From a virus: DNA of 35,420 nt. The DNA lies in the UHGV virus genome UHGV-0075595; one strand, written 5' to 3'. Position numbers and translations under genes: made by a program. The notes beneath the pieces are model-generated. The model saw only the letters and a program-made list of their open reading frames with translations, was not told the DNA's origin and did not search any database. This document shows, piece by piece, positions 1-7,323 of the stretch. Each line of letters begins with the position of its first letter. Positions within the stretch are counted from its first letter, which is position 1.

Positions 1-49
1 TTCTTCCAAATGATTTTCACCGTACCGTTTTATATACCGTCACCGGAAA

Positions 50-547
50 TCAGTGCCACGATTTTTGCTTCTTCAGTGAATCGTATTGCTGTTCGCAGGA
101 TTCTCCTGCAATCCGATACTTTTCAGCCTCAGCTGCTGTTGCGTTGTAAACTCGGTTGCTTTCTTCAAGCATGTCGGCGAGCACACCGATGACCTTGCTG
201 GCTGGCGTGCCAGTGGGGAAAGATCCGGTATAGTGTTCGGCGAGTCGCTTGGTTTTGTCAAGCTCGGCGCGCAGGCTGTCAGCAGCGGCATTAGCATGCT
301 CAGCATCAACACGCGCCACATCGATACGGGACTGTGCTTCACGTTCAATTTGTGTTTTCTCCTGATCACGTTGTGACCTGGCCTTATCATCAGCCTGTTT
401 CTGATCTTCCTGTGCCTGCGCATACCCGGCGTCGTACTGACGACTGCCGTGTGCATTCCAGGCTACAACTCCTGATATGACCAGAACAGCAAGCATCGCC
501 ATGATAACCAACTGTTTCCAGTATGCTTTTGCGAATGCCCAGATCAT
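50..547 (-). CDS. Rz-like i-spanin (N-terminal TM anchor, charged coiled-coil periplasmic domain)
   Basis: 165 aa; N-terminal hydrophobic segment then Q/E/R/A-rich helix; start overlaps endolysin stop; last gene of lysis cassette. Confidence 0.6.
   Translation of the reverse strand: MIWAFAKAYWKQLVIMAMLAVLVISGVVAWNAHGSRQYDAGYAQAQEDQKQADDKARSQRDQEKTQIEREAQSRIDVARVDAEHANAAADSLRAELDKTKRLAEHYTGSFPTGTPASKVIGVLADMLEESNRVYNATAAEAEKYRIAGESCEQQYDSLKKQKSWH
73..321 (-). CDS. Rz1-like o-spanin lipoprotein embedded in +1 frame of Rz
   Basis: Embedded ORF with lipobox-like signal MLSMLMPLLTAC followed by Pro-rich mature region; exact start uncertain (M at 321, 306 or 297). Confidence 0.4.
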   Translation of the reverse strand: MWRVLMLSMLMPLLTACAPSLTKPSDSPNTIPDLSPLARQPARSSVCSPTCLKKATEFTTQQQLRLKSIGLQENPANSNTIH

Positions 548-1173
548 ACCGCCAGCACCTTACTGGCAGTGATGTACCGCGCGCGCCGGTCGTCGATGCC
601 GTTCCGGCCACCATTGATAATCAGAGTTACACGTGCAATATCGCCGGTATACTTCATGCATCCTTTGCTGGCAAAGAACCACGCCGCGCTACGAGCCGCG
701 TATTCGTCCTGCGCCAGCAGTTCAGGACTCTCCAGCAGGTCAACCTTAAGACCGTTTCCACAGTCACGATAGTTATTCAAACCGGTAATCTGGATAAGTC
801 CGCGACCACGGTAATTCCAGCCATCACCAGAGGCATTGTTACCCATGCGTTTGCTGTACACCAGATTTGCGATCGCGCGCTGGCGCTCAAGTGGCAATGG
901 TGGCTCACCAGCACGGCGGCCCAGTGCGTTAGCCTGTCCCTGGGTGAGACGCCCAGCCCGAACGAAGTTAGCCAGTCCGGTGACGCTGTAGTTGAAATTT
1001 TCCTGCAACCGGTTGAAGCCACCAGACTCATGCCCGACCTGAGCAATAAACATTGCCTGATCTTCGGGTTTGCTGATACCAAACTCTTTCATCGCAGAAG
1101 TTATATGCGAGAACCAGCGAGCGGCCAGCGCCTCGCTAATACCAGCAGCTCGCTGGAATTGTTTAATCTCCAT
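544..1173 (-). CDS. Endolysin, glycoside hydrolase family 19 (chitinase-like lysozyme)
   Basis: Motifs QVGHESGGF and NYRGRGLIQITG typical of GH19 endolysins; start chosen at internal ATG (MEIKQFQ...) preceded by GAGGT RBS. Confidence 0.75.
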   Translation of the reverse strand: MEIKQFQRAAGISEALAARWFSHITSAMKEFGISKPEDQAMFIAQVGHESGGFNRLQENFNYSVTGLANFVRAGRLTQGQANALGRRAGEPPLPLERQRAIANLVYSKRMGNNASGDGWNYRGRGLIQITGLNNYRDCGNGLKVDLLESPELLAQDEYAARSAAWFFASKGCMKYTGDIARVTLIINGGRNGIDDRRARYITASKVLAV

Positions 1174-1471
1174 GTTTAGACCTCGATATTTTGAAAATAT
1201 GAACAACGTTACCGCGTGTTTTAATAACCGCGGCAAGCATGACAGCGTTGATAATGACCTCAGATAAATCCACAGCCATTGGCGTGCGTAACCAGATTGC
1301 ATAGACGACACGAACAGGAATACTTGCCGCAGCAACAATAAGGAAATAAGCAAGCCACCCTCCCCATCTTCGATGTTGAGAGCCGTTACGCCGGAATGTG
1401 ACAACGCGAATTGCTATGCCAGTACAAATAACTGCATTGGTGATAAGCAAAAAAAACTCATGCGTTACCAT
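1163..1471 (-). CDS. Lysis-cassette membrane protein (holin/antiholin-like, about 3 predicted TM segments)
   Basis: 102 aa, three hydrophobic stretches; overlaps neighbours by a few codons; sits between holin-like gene and endolysin. Confidence 0.45.
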   Translation of the reverse strand: MVTHEFFLLITNAVICTGIAIRVVTFRRNGSQHRRWGGWLAYFLIVAAASIPVRVVYAIWLRTPMAVDLSEVIINAVMLAAVIKTRGNVVHIFKISRSKHGD

Positions 1472-1862
1472 CGTCTTTTCTCCCCGGAATTAACTCGCGT
1501 GGATTATCGGAACGGTGATAGAGCCAGATGCCAATACGCACGGCGACAATTGCTGACACGAATGCGCCTGCAGAGAAAACAATCCCTTTTTCAAAAGAGT
1601 CCTGCGTGATGGTAGGGATCAGGCTGGCTATGCCGATAAGAATTGATGCTGCTGGTTTGTAAAAGAGAAGGCCGCAAAGAAAGCTGAGCATCGACAGGAG
1701 CACCCGGCGACGGATGGGGTACTCTACTGCAGAGGTAACAAAAATTACCGCCCCAGCCAAAGCCCCTAAAGCAACCTCCGGAGGGACACCTGCAATAACC
1801 GCAGCAAGAGAACTAACACTAAGCCACTGATTTGAAGTTTCATTGGTTAGTTGGAATGACAT
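1458..1862 (-). CDS. Holin-like membrane protein (3 TM, charged C-terminal tail)
   Basis: 134 aa; three hydrophobic helices and C-terminal HRSDNPRELIPGRKDDGNA; first gene after tailspike. Confidence 0.5.
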   Translation of the reverse strand: MSFQLTNETSNQWLSVSSLAAVIAGVPPEVALGALAGAVIFVTSAVEYPIRRRVLLSMLSFLCGLLFYKPAASILIGIASLIPTITQDSFEKGIVFSAGAFVSAIVAVRIGIWLYHRSDNPRELIPGRKDDGNA

Positions 1863-1934
1863 AACGAAACCCGTTTATTTGCAAACACCCTGCTTCAGGA
1901 AAAGTATACCGCGCAACAACACACCATTTACGGT

Positions 1935-4397
1935 TCAATTCCCTGTTAATTGCAAAACTTGCTCTTCCAGCTTTTTAACCCTGCGTCTCATCATCGCAGA
2001 TTCCAGAATCAGAGCCTCTTCATAACGGATACCGTAACATTCACCAGCCTCGACGGCTTCGCGTACCAGAACCTTTGTCTGTATAAGTGGGTAAACTCCT
2101 GCAGAATGCTCTTCTTCCGTCACATCCCTGTATTCTGCCGGGGTCTCATTCCACTTGTCATAACAGATAAATGCCAGTCGTGACACATCTATGCCTTCAT
2201 TCTGAAATACACTGATAACATGCTGCGCAACTGCACCAAAGTGCCATCTTGCTCCGTCTTTACCTTTCACTTCGATCCTGTCAAGGTACTGGTATGAAAC
2301 CCATTCCACTCTTTCCCATGCGTCCAGTATTTTCTCATCAATAACCTCTGGAGCAGTCTTGAAACGCGCATCGGACAGCACCGTAAACGCTGACTGGGTA
2401 AATCCCCCCGACCATGCACGACCAGCCAACCCAAGAGAATAAGTATTCGTTGTCGATGGTGTCATGGCTGAATCAGAAAACTGTATATATTCTGAATTTC
2501 CAGTAGATATTCGAATATTTCCATTTATTAGCGACATAGTGCCTTTAGTATTATCACTATTGAATAATTTCAATTGCGAACTTATACCGCCTCCCACAGC
2601 CAGAGATACATCGCCTTCAGCAAGCATTCTGAATTTATCTGCAGAAACAAGCGTCTGGTTAGCAAGGTTAAAATATTTAACCCACCATTCAAAACGCCCT
2701 GACATAGTCCCAACGTACTGACCAAGCGCAGGGACGTGAACAACATTGCTATTTGTAGTGCCGTCTATACTGGAAATACCAGTCACCGCTGATGCAGAAC
2801 TCAGAATATTATTTCTGTCACCCGGATGTTTAATTTCAACAAAGTTCCTGATACACCCTTCCTCGAAGGTAACCACGCCGGAAGAACTATACATGGGGAA
2901 TATTGACGCATAATTACTGCGTGCAGCATCTAAGAAACGAATGGTTGTAGATGTCTGCAGATCTCCTGATTCATTTTTCCCATCACACCCAGTCATTAGA
3001 ATATTACTGGCAATATTATTATTTCCCTGAACGGTGACTCCGTGCGCCTGCTTTGCGTCCGATTCAGAGTAATCAACCAGCACATTCGAAATCAGGTTAC
3101 CAGTCCCCTTGCCAACAACTACTGCGGCGTATTTTGGGTTGTTAGCCATTACACTGCTAATGATATTATTCGTTGGGGCAGTTTCCGTCTCAGTTCCATT
3201 GTAAACAACGTGCTGACACTCTTCACCAATAACATTGCTGACAATGTTATATTTTGCTGCTGTTTTAAGTTCCACTGCACCAAACTGAGGATAATTTCTG
3301 GCTATCACACCATCAATTAGCGTATTTTGCGATGAATCAAAAAGCACACAACCTGCTTTTTTATTATTTGCGAACCCTAAATACTCTCCTCTTATATCTC
3401 TAACAATGTAACCTGACGGAATACCATTATTCGGATAAGCGATCAAGCTAAATCCTGTTCCTCGCGTATTTGTAAATCTGATATTTTTAACCGATACATC
3501 ATGGCCACCTGAAAATGACACCTGGTGTCCCTGCACACTATCATCTGATTTATTTCCCATAATTGTTAGCGTACTAAGCATGCCACCATCGGGCATGTTA
3601 AAAACCAGATGATTACCATCTCTGTCATACTGTTTTATCGTTCCCCCACCTGTTCCGTACAAGCCACAACGTGAAAGAGAAACTAAAGATGTATTGAATA
3701 CCCCTTCCGGAACAAAAACACTGCTAAACGAATGTAATGATTTTGTAAAAGCATCCTTGTTATCATTTAAGATTCCATTTTGAGCTCCAAAATCCTTAAT
3801 GCTGACACCATCACGCATCTTATCCTGGAACGTTCTGTATACCGCTCCAGAACCATACTGAATAAACCAACCAAAACCACCAATAACTCCGGCGATTGCA
3901 GCATCGACATAATTACGCATTGAGCGATTATTTACAGCGTCCTGCTCAAGTGATGGATCGGCAAGGTTAGATATTCTGTTTTGCTTTGCATCGTAATATT
4001 TTGCAAGCAAAGATGGTTTCATCAATGCACGTCTGAACCACCCAAAACATCGCTGGATCAGCATCGTCAGGTAGTCAAATGCATCCTCATGAACTTCGGG
4101 GAAAAATTTTCCCTGATTGCGAAGATCAGTCTCCTGCACCACATCAAGCACACGCTCTATCGTGATTCGCCAGCCAGCAGCAAGCGGCGACGGAAGAACC
4201 ACTGCACCGCCACTATAAGTTCCCGCCCCTGTTACCGTATAACCAGCATCCAGCACTAGTTTTGTAACGTTACCGTTAAGGTCAGACACCTGAACAACCA
4301 GGTCGGATTTTTTGAAAATACGGAAGGTATACGGAAATGATGTCGTAACGCCGTTACCTGTGTATTCGTTGTGGTCAACTTCGGTTGAGACCGTCAT
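1935..4397 (-). CDS. Tailspike / tail fiber with N-terminal particle-binding domain, central right-handed beta-helix (depolymerase-like) and C-terminal intramolecular chaperone (peptidase S74-like) domain
   Basis: 820 aa; N-terminal YTGNGVTTSFPYTF motif; central repetitive N/G/S/V-rich beta-helix-like region; C-terminal LSDARFKTAPEV...WHFGAVAQHV...ICYDKW motif; GGAGA RBS. Confidence 0.85.
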   Translation of the reverse strand: MTVSTEVDHNEYTGNGVTTSFPYTFRIFKKSDLVVQVSDLNGNVTKLVLDAGYTVTGAGTYSGGAVVLPSPLAAGWRITIERVLDVVQETDLRNQGKFFPEVHEDAFDYLTMLIQRCFGWFRRALMKPSLLAKYYDAKQNRISNLADPSLEQDAVNNRSMRNYVDAAIAGVIGGFGWFIQYGSGAVYRTFQDKMRDGVSIKDFGAQNGILNDNKDAFTKSLHSFSSVFVPEGVFNTSLVSLSRCGLYGTGGGTIKQYDRDGNHLVFNMPDGGMLSTLTIMGNKSDDSVQGHQVSFSGGHDVSVKNIRFTNTRGTGFSLIAYPNNGIPSGYIVRDIRGEYLGFANNKKAGCVLFDSSQNTLIDGVIARNYPQFGAVELKTAAKYNIVSNVIGEECQHVVYNGTETETAPTNNIISSVMANNPKYAAVVVGKGTGNLISNVLVDYSESDAKQAHGVTVQGNNNIASNILMTGCDGKNESGDLQTSTTIRFLDAARSNYASIFPMYSSSGVVTFEEGCIRNFVEIKHPGDRNNILSSASAVTGISSIDGTTNSNVVHVPALGQYVGTMSGRFEWWVKYFNLANQTLVSADKFRMLAEGDVSLAVGGGISSQLKLFNSDNTKGTMSLINGNIRISTGNSEYIQFSDSAMTPSTTNTYSLGLAGRAWSGGFTQSAFTVLSDARFKTAPEVIDEKILDAWERVEWVSYQYLDRIEVKGKDGARWHFGAVAQHVISVFQNEGIDVSRLAFICYDKWNETPAEYRDVTEEEHSAGVYPLIQTKVLVREAVEAGECYGIRYEEALILESAMMRRRVKKLEEQVLQLTGN

Positions 4398-4501
4398 GTT
4401 AAATCTCCAGATAGTCGCAGCACCCGTTGCGCCGCATATCTGGTTATTCTATTACCCAAAAAACCATATATGGATAGAAAGACTGTGAATATGAATAGAT
4501 A

Positions 4502-4516
4502 TTACCTTTCAGGTAA
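4502..4516. promoter_or_regulatory. Operator-like palindrome TTACCTTTCAGGTAA (member of ATTACC-N5-GGTAAT family)
   Basis: Perfect inverted half-sites; identical 17-mer TATTACCTTTCAGGTAA also at 23570..23586; lies between divergent tailspike and SOS-gene starts. Confidence 0.55.
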
Positions 4517-4555
4517 TTTGCAAAACGTGCTGGATAGCAAACAAATTATTTGCTA

Positions 4556-4571
4556 CTGTATAAATATACAG
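4556..4571 (+). promoter_or_regulatory. LexA (SOS) box CTGTATAAATATACAG overlapping a -10-like TATAAAT
   Basis: Exact CTGT-N8-ACAG with AT-rich centre, extended TACTGTATAAATATACAGTT; 23 bp upstream of ATG at 4594. Confidence 0.6.
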
Positions 4572-4593
4572 TTATTGCATGGAGAAGATTAAG

Positions 4594-4851
4594 ATGCAGC
4601 AGTATCACTATCCACTGGAAGAGGGATTTACCGAAAGGATTCACACGCCGGGAGGCGTCAGGTCACTGGTGGAGGGATCGCACTTGATGAAATTACTCCG
4701 GGATCTCGATAAGGATGGATTTAATGTCGATGGCCCACTTGCCGAACTGACTGCACTGATTAACTACGTCACCAGCTCACAGATGTCTATGCAGGATCTG
4801 CAAACACATCTCGACTATTGTGCCGAACAATTACGAAAACAAACCAGATAA
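4594..4851 (+). CDS. Small protein (85 aa) paralogous to the C-terminal domain of the downstream AntA-domain antirepressor; putative SOS-induced immunity modulator
   Basis: GGAGAAG RBS 6 nt upstream of ATG; shares a colinear motif series with the C-terminus of ORF 5169..5825 (IH-[ST]P-[GS]GV ... LM-LL ... DG-V-G ... ELT ... [DI]LQTH--Y); LexA box in its promoter. Confidence 0.55.
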   Translation: MQQYHYPLEEGFTERIHTPGGVRSLVEGSHLMKLLRDLDKDGFNVDGPLAELTALINYVTSSQMSMQDLQTHLDYCAEQLRKQTR

Positions 4852-4854
4852 GGT

Positions 4855-4897
4855 TTGAAATTACCAAATGGAGTGCTTATATTTACCTTTGCGGTAA
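4855..4897 (+). promoter_or_regulatory. Sigma70-like promoter (TTGAAA-17-TATATT) with operator TTACCTTTGCGGTAA overlapping -10/+1
   Basis: -35 at 4855..4860, -10 at 4878..4883, palindrome 4883..4897 with extended arms ATTTACC/GGTAAAT. Confidence 0.5.
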
Positions 4898-4924
4898 ATT
4901 TACATCGCACTCCTCTTGTGCCAT

Positions 4925-5010
4925 AGTAATCGGGCACTGGCAAAATCCAGTGCCGGGATTGGTCTCCCGGATTACTAAGTGGCGCATACCACGCCAGACG
5001 TGGTTTTTTT
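4925..5010 (+). ncRNA. Candidate structured leader / small RNA upstream of the antirepressor gene (nested hairpins ending in an intrinsic terminator)
   Basis: Hairpin GCACTGG-N6-CCAGTGC (4934..4953), CCGGGA-N6-TCCCGG (4953..4970), outer pairing AGTAATCGGG/CCCGGATTACT, then terminator; track ORF here starts with TTG and has no RBS. Confidence 0.3.
4988..5010 (+). terminator. Rho-independent terminator (ACCACG-ccaga-CGTGGT followed by T7)
   Basis: 6-bp GC-rich stem, 5-nt loop, T-run; sits between promoter at 4855 and antirepressor ATG at 5169. Confidence 0.55.
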
Positions 5011-5168
5011 ATGCGTATAGCACAGTCATGCCAGAATTATGGTGGGCTGAATGGGGGTCCGAAAGGACGCCGGTACCACTTAGGCCGGTAAGACCAACTC
5101 CGTTCAGTTCACCACCATCTGATTGGTCTCAGCGGTGGTGATGTAATTCGCTAAGTGGAGACGCCATC

Positions 5169-5825
5169 ATGAACGCTCAACTCATCCCCGTATTCAACGG
5201 CACTATATCTAACGAAACAGCCCTACTTTGTAATGCCCGCGATCTGCACGCTTTTTTAGGTGTTAAAAAGGTGTTTGCAGCATGGATTACAAATCGCATA
5301 TCAGAATACGAATTCATTGAAAATCAAGACTATATTTTGCTTTCCAATTTGGGAAAGCAAACATCTGGTAGAGGCGGCCACAACCGCAAAGAGTACCACC
5401 TCACCCTTGATACAGCCAAAGAGCTGGCGATGGTCGAGCGTAACGAAAAAGGTCGCCAGGTGCGACGCTACTTCATTGAATGCGAGAAACGTTTAAGACA
5501 ACAAGAAACAAAAGTGGAGAAGGTCTTGTCAGGCTTCATGCCCGCCATTATGGAGGCGATCAAGCTGGAAGACAAAAAAGAATACAGTGCCCCACTGAAG
5601 CCCGGCTACCGCAGCCTGATTCACTCGCCGTCTGGTGTTCTCGGCCTGACGGAGAACTCACTGCTGATGAATCTGCTGAACCAGTTACAGGACGACGGGC
5701 ACGACGTATCGGGCGCGGCGGCGGAGCTGACCACCATGTTCTGCTACATCGTTGGTGTGAGCAAATGCCTGCGTGATATCCAGACGCACGCGGAGTACAT
5801 CAACGACAAGGCAGGGTTCTTCTGA
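5169..5825 (+). CDS. Antirepressor, AntA-domain N-terminus plus C-terminal domain shared with ORF 4594..4851
   Basis: 218 aa; N-terminal LIPVFNG...[10 protein letters not shown]...[22 protein letters not shown]...[33 protein letters not shown] matches AntA-type antirepressor domain as recalled; GGAG RBS. Confidence 0.65.
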   Translation: MNAQLIPVFNGTISNETALLCNARDLHAFLGVKKVFAAWITNRISEYEFIENQDYILLSNLGKQTSGRGGHNRKEYHLTLDTAKELAMVERNEKGRQVRRYFIECEKRLRQQETKVEKVLSGFMPAIMEAIKLEDKKEYSAPLKPGYRSLIHSPSGVLGLTENSLLMNLLNQLQDDGHDVSGAAAELTTMFCYIVGVSKCLRDIQTHAEYINDKAGFF

Positions 5826-5869
5826 CGGGCGGCGGCACAGGGATGTGCCTTTAAATAATTCTGTACAGA

Positions 5870-5912
5870 TTGCAGACTGGGGGTGAATAGCGTACTATTA
5901 CCTCAAGGGTAA
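5870..5912 (+). promoter_or_regulatory. Sigma70-like promoter (TTGCAG-17-TACTAT) with operator TTACCTCAAGGGTAA overlapping -10/+1
   Basis: -35 5870..5875, -10 5893..5898, palindrome 5898..5912; same promoter-operator architecture as 4855..4897 and 29857..29899. Confidence 0.5.
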
Positions 5913-5971
5913 GAAAGCATTTTTAATCTTCCCTTCAAAACGCGTCCTGTAGCCAAACATGGGAGGACGAA

Positions 5972-6604
5972 ATGAGAACAAATACAACAAGAAAAGCGAT
6001 GCCATACATTATCCCAGAAGCAGATTTCGATAGAAAACTGAACATGTCTGAGAAGAACACTAGTCACACCGAAAGCTACTTAGCGAAAGGTGTGGTTGAT
6101 TTCGTTCTTCCGGGATTCACAACACCTTATGGTTATCGCCTTGTAAAATCTTGTAATGGCGATCATTACAGAATGATTACTACCAGCGATACTCCAGAAA
6201 CGGTGTATGCGGTTAAGTTAATCTTTCGGGAAGATATCGTCGAAGCCAAAAGAACATGTACGCAGATCATGGTATGGCGTACGCCTAATGTTATTCATGA
6301 CCGTGCTGTTCATGGTTTGCCTCAGATTTTTTTTCAGTTCTTCCTAGAGCAATATGCGATCGTTGTATCTGATGAGCAACAAACAATCGATGGGAGAAGA
6401 TTCTGGGAAAGAATGATTTCTTGGGCTATAAACACCCCAGGATATAATGTATACGTTTCAGATGGCTCTGAAGAAGATAGACCTCTTAGCTTCATGACAT
6501 CATGGGATGATTTCTATAGCCAGTGGGCTGATTTCTGTTGGGGCAGTGATAAAGATGTGCATACCCACAGACTACTGGTTATAAGCAAAGATAAACTGCA
6601 TTAA
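5972..6604 (+). CDS. Hypothetical protein (210 aa), cargo gene of unknown function in the immunity-like island
   Basis: Strong GGGAGG RBS 5 nt upstream; own operator-controlled promoter and own terminator; no family recognised. Confidence 0.6.
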   Translation: MRTNTTRKAMPYIIPEADFDRKLNMSEKNTSHTESYLAKGVVDFVLPGFTTPYGYRLVKSCNGDHYRMITTSDTPETVYAVKLIFREDIVEAKRTCTQIMVWRTPNVIHDRAVHGLPQIFFQFFLEQYAIVVSDEQQTIDGRRFWERMISWAINTPGYNVYVSDGSEEDRPLSFMTSWDDFYSQWADFCWGSDKDVHTHRLLVISKDKLH

Positions 6605-6609
6605 TAGAA

Positions 6610-6630
6610 GCCCGCAGCGCGGGCTTTTTT
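6610..6630 (+). terminator. Rho-independent terminator (GCCCGC-agc-GCGGGC followed by T6)
   Basis: Perfect GC stem immediately after stop of 5972..6604. Confidence 0.7.
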
Positions 6631-6702
6631 GTGGACGAAACAAAAGTCAGTGCTACACTCATTGACGCCACATTGAGGTGGCTTATAGATGGAAATTTCA
6701 CA

Positions 6703-6864
6703 ATGAAAAAAGCATTTGCTGCACTGTTCGTTTTGTTGTCTCTGGTAGCTTCAACTCAGGCCTTTGCCGGTCGTTGTCAGCACGACAGCGACACTGCTGC
6801 TGACGGCTCCCGCTGCGGTGGGCGTTCTGCGGATTCCCGCCCGGGTGGCGGTGGCATTCGTTAA
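6703..6864 (+). CDS. Candidate small secreted peptide (53 aa; signal peptide MKKAFAALFVLLSLVASTQAFA then Gly/Arg/Asp-rich 31-aa region with two Cys)
   Basis: In-frame ATG inside track ORF 6631..6864; possible promoter TTGACG-16-TATAGA at 6662..6689; weak RBS, so uncertain. Confidence 0.25.
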   Translation: MKKAFAALFVLLSLVASTQAFAGRCQHDSDTAADGSRCGGRSADSRPGGGGIR

Positions 6865-6886
6865 AAACAAGGCCGCGAAAGCGGCC
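6862..6886 (-). terminator. Rho-independent terminator of the late operon on the minus strand (GGCCGC-tttc-GCGGCC then TTGTTTTT)
   Basis: Hairpin 6871..6886 with T-rich tract on minus strand, 10 nt downstream of lipoprotein stop. Confidence 0.55.
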
Positions 6887-6895
6887 TGTGACATG

Positions 6896-7276
6896 TCACG
6901 CAACGCAATTATTACCGCGCCATGTAACATTTTTAATAATCTTATCAGCACCAAACTCAACGTAAACAGAGCAACTGAAATGGAGTGTATAACCGCCATC
7001 AGTTGTTGCGTATGTGTTTGAATATATAGTATTACCAATTAGATTAGACGTAGTATTATACGTTGTGGTTTGTGGTACGTTATAACTACCAGAGCTTGAG
7101 TAAACATACACTCTGTTTCCATCTGGAGATGTAAGCTCTCCCTGAGGATACCCCCACTGCTGAACCATTGCGTCTATACTCTGCCCGCGCCACGTAAGCA
7201 TATTTCTTTCAAACTGTGCAGCTGACTGGCATCCAACGAGAAGCATAAATCCAAAAATCAAAAATACTTTTCTCAT
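6896..7276 (-). CDS. Lipoprotein (predicted), last gene of late operon; possible superinfection-exclusion/surface protein
   Basis: Start at internal ATG giving MRKVFLIFGFMLLVGC lipobox signal; AGGGGT RBS; mature part T/S/N/Y-rich. Confidence 0.55.
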   Translation of the reverse strand: MRKVFLIFGFMLLVGCQSAAQFERNMLTWRGQSIDAMVQQWGYPQGELTSPDGNRVYVYSSSGSYNVPQTTTYNTTSNLIGNTIYSNTYATTDGGYTLHFSCSVYVEFGADKIIKNVTWRGNNCVA

Positions 7277-7323
7277 AATTACCCCTATCATGGAAAAACA
7301 GCACCAATCCACAAATTAACTAG

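Noticed and set aside
523-1179. Plus-strand ORFs lying inside minus-strand phage genes (e.g. 523..1179, 8484..8945, 12202..12534, 16642..17031, 17332..18021, 17841..18566, 18569..19048, 20853..21287, 21707..22444)
   Set aside because: Each is fully overlapped by a longer minus-strand gene with recognisable phage function and good gene-to-gene coupling. They have no RBS and an odd R/S/C-rich composition typical of shadow ORFs.
4452-4466. TTACC-N5-AACCA half-palindromes (also 23510..23524 and a weaker one at 4861..4875) as independent operators
   Set aside because: Only one arm matches the consensus; kept as possible auxiliary sites within the operator finding rather than called as features.
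4818-5141. 107-aa ORF between the SOS small gene and the antirepressor
   Set aside because: TTG start, no RBS, and it spans the nested hairpins and the intrinsic terminator at 4988..5010; better explained as structured non-coding leader.
6888-6899. Perfect 12-bp palindrome GTGACATGTCAC resembling a CRP site
   Set aside because: Half-site spacing is 4 rather than 6 bp and it overlaps the lipoprotein stop codon and terminator; no supporting promoter context.
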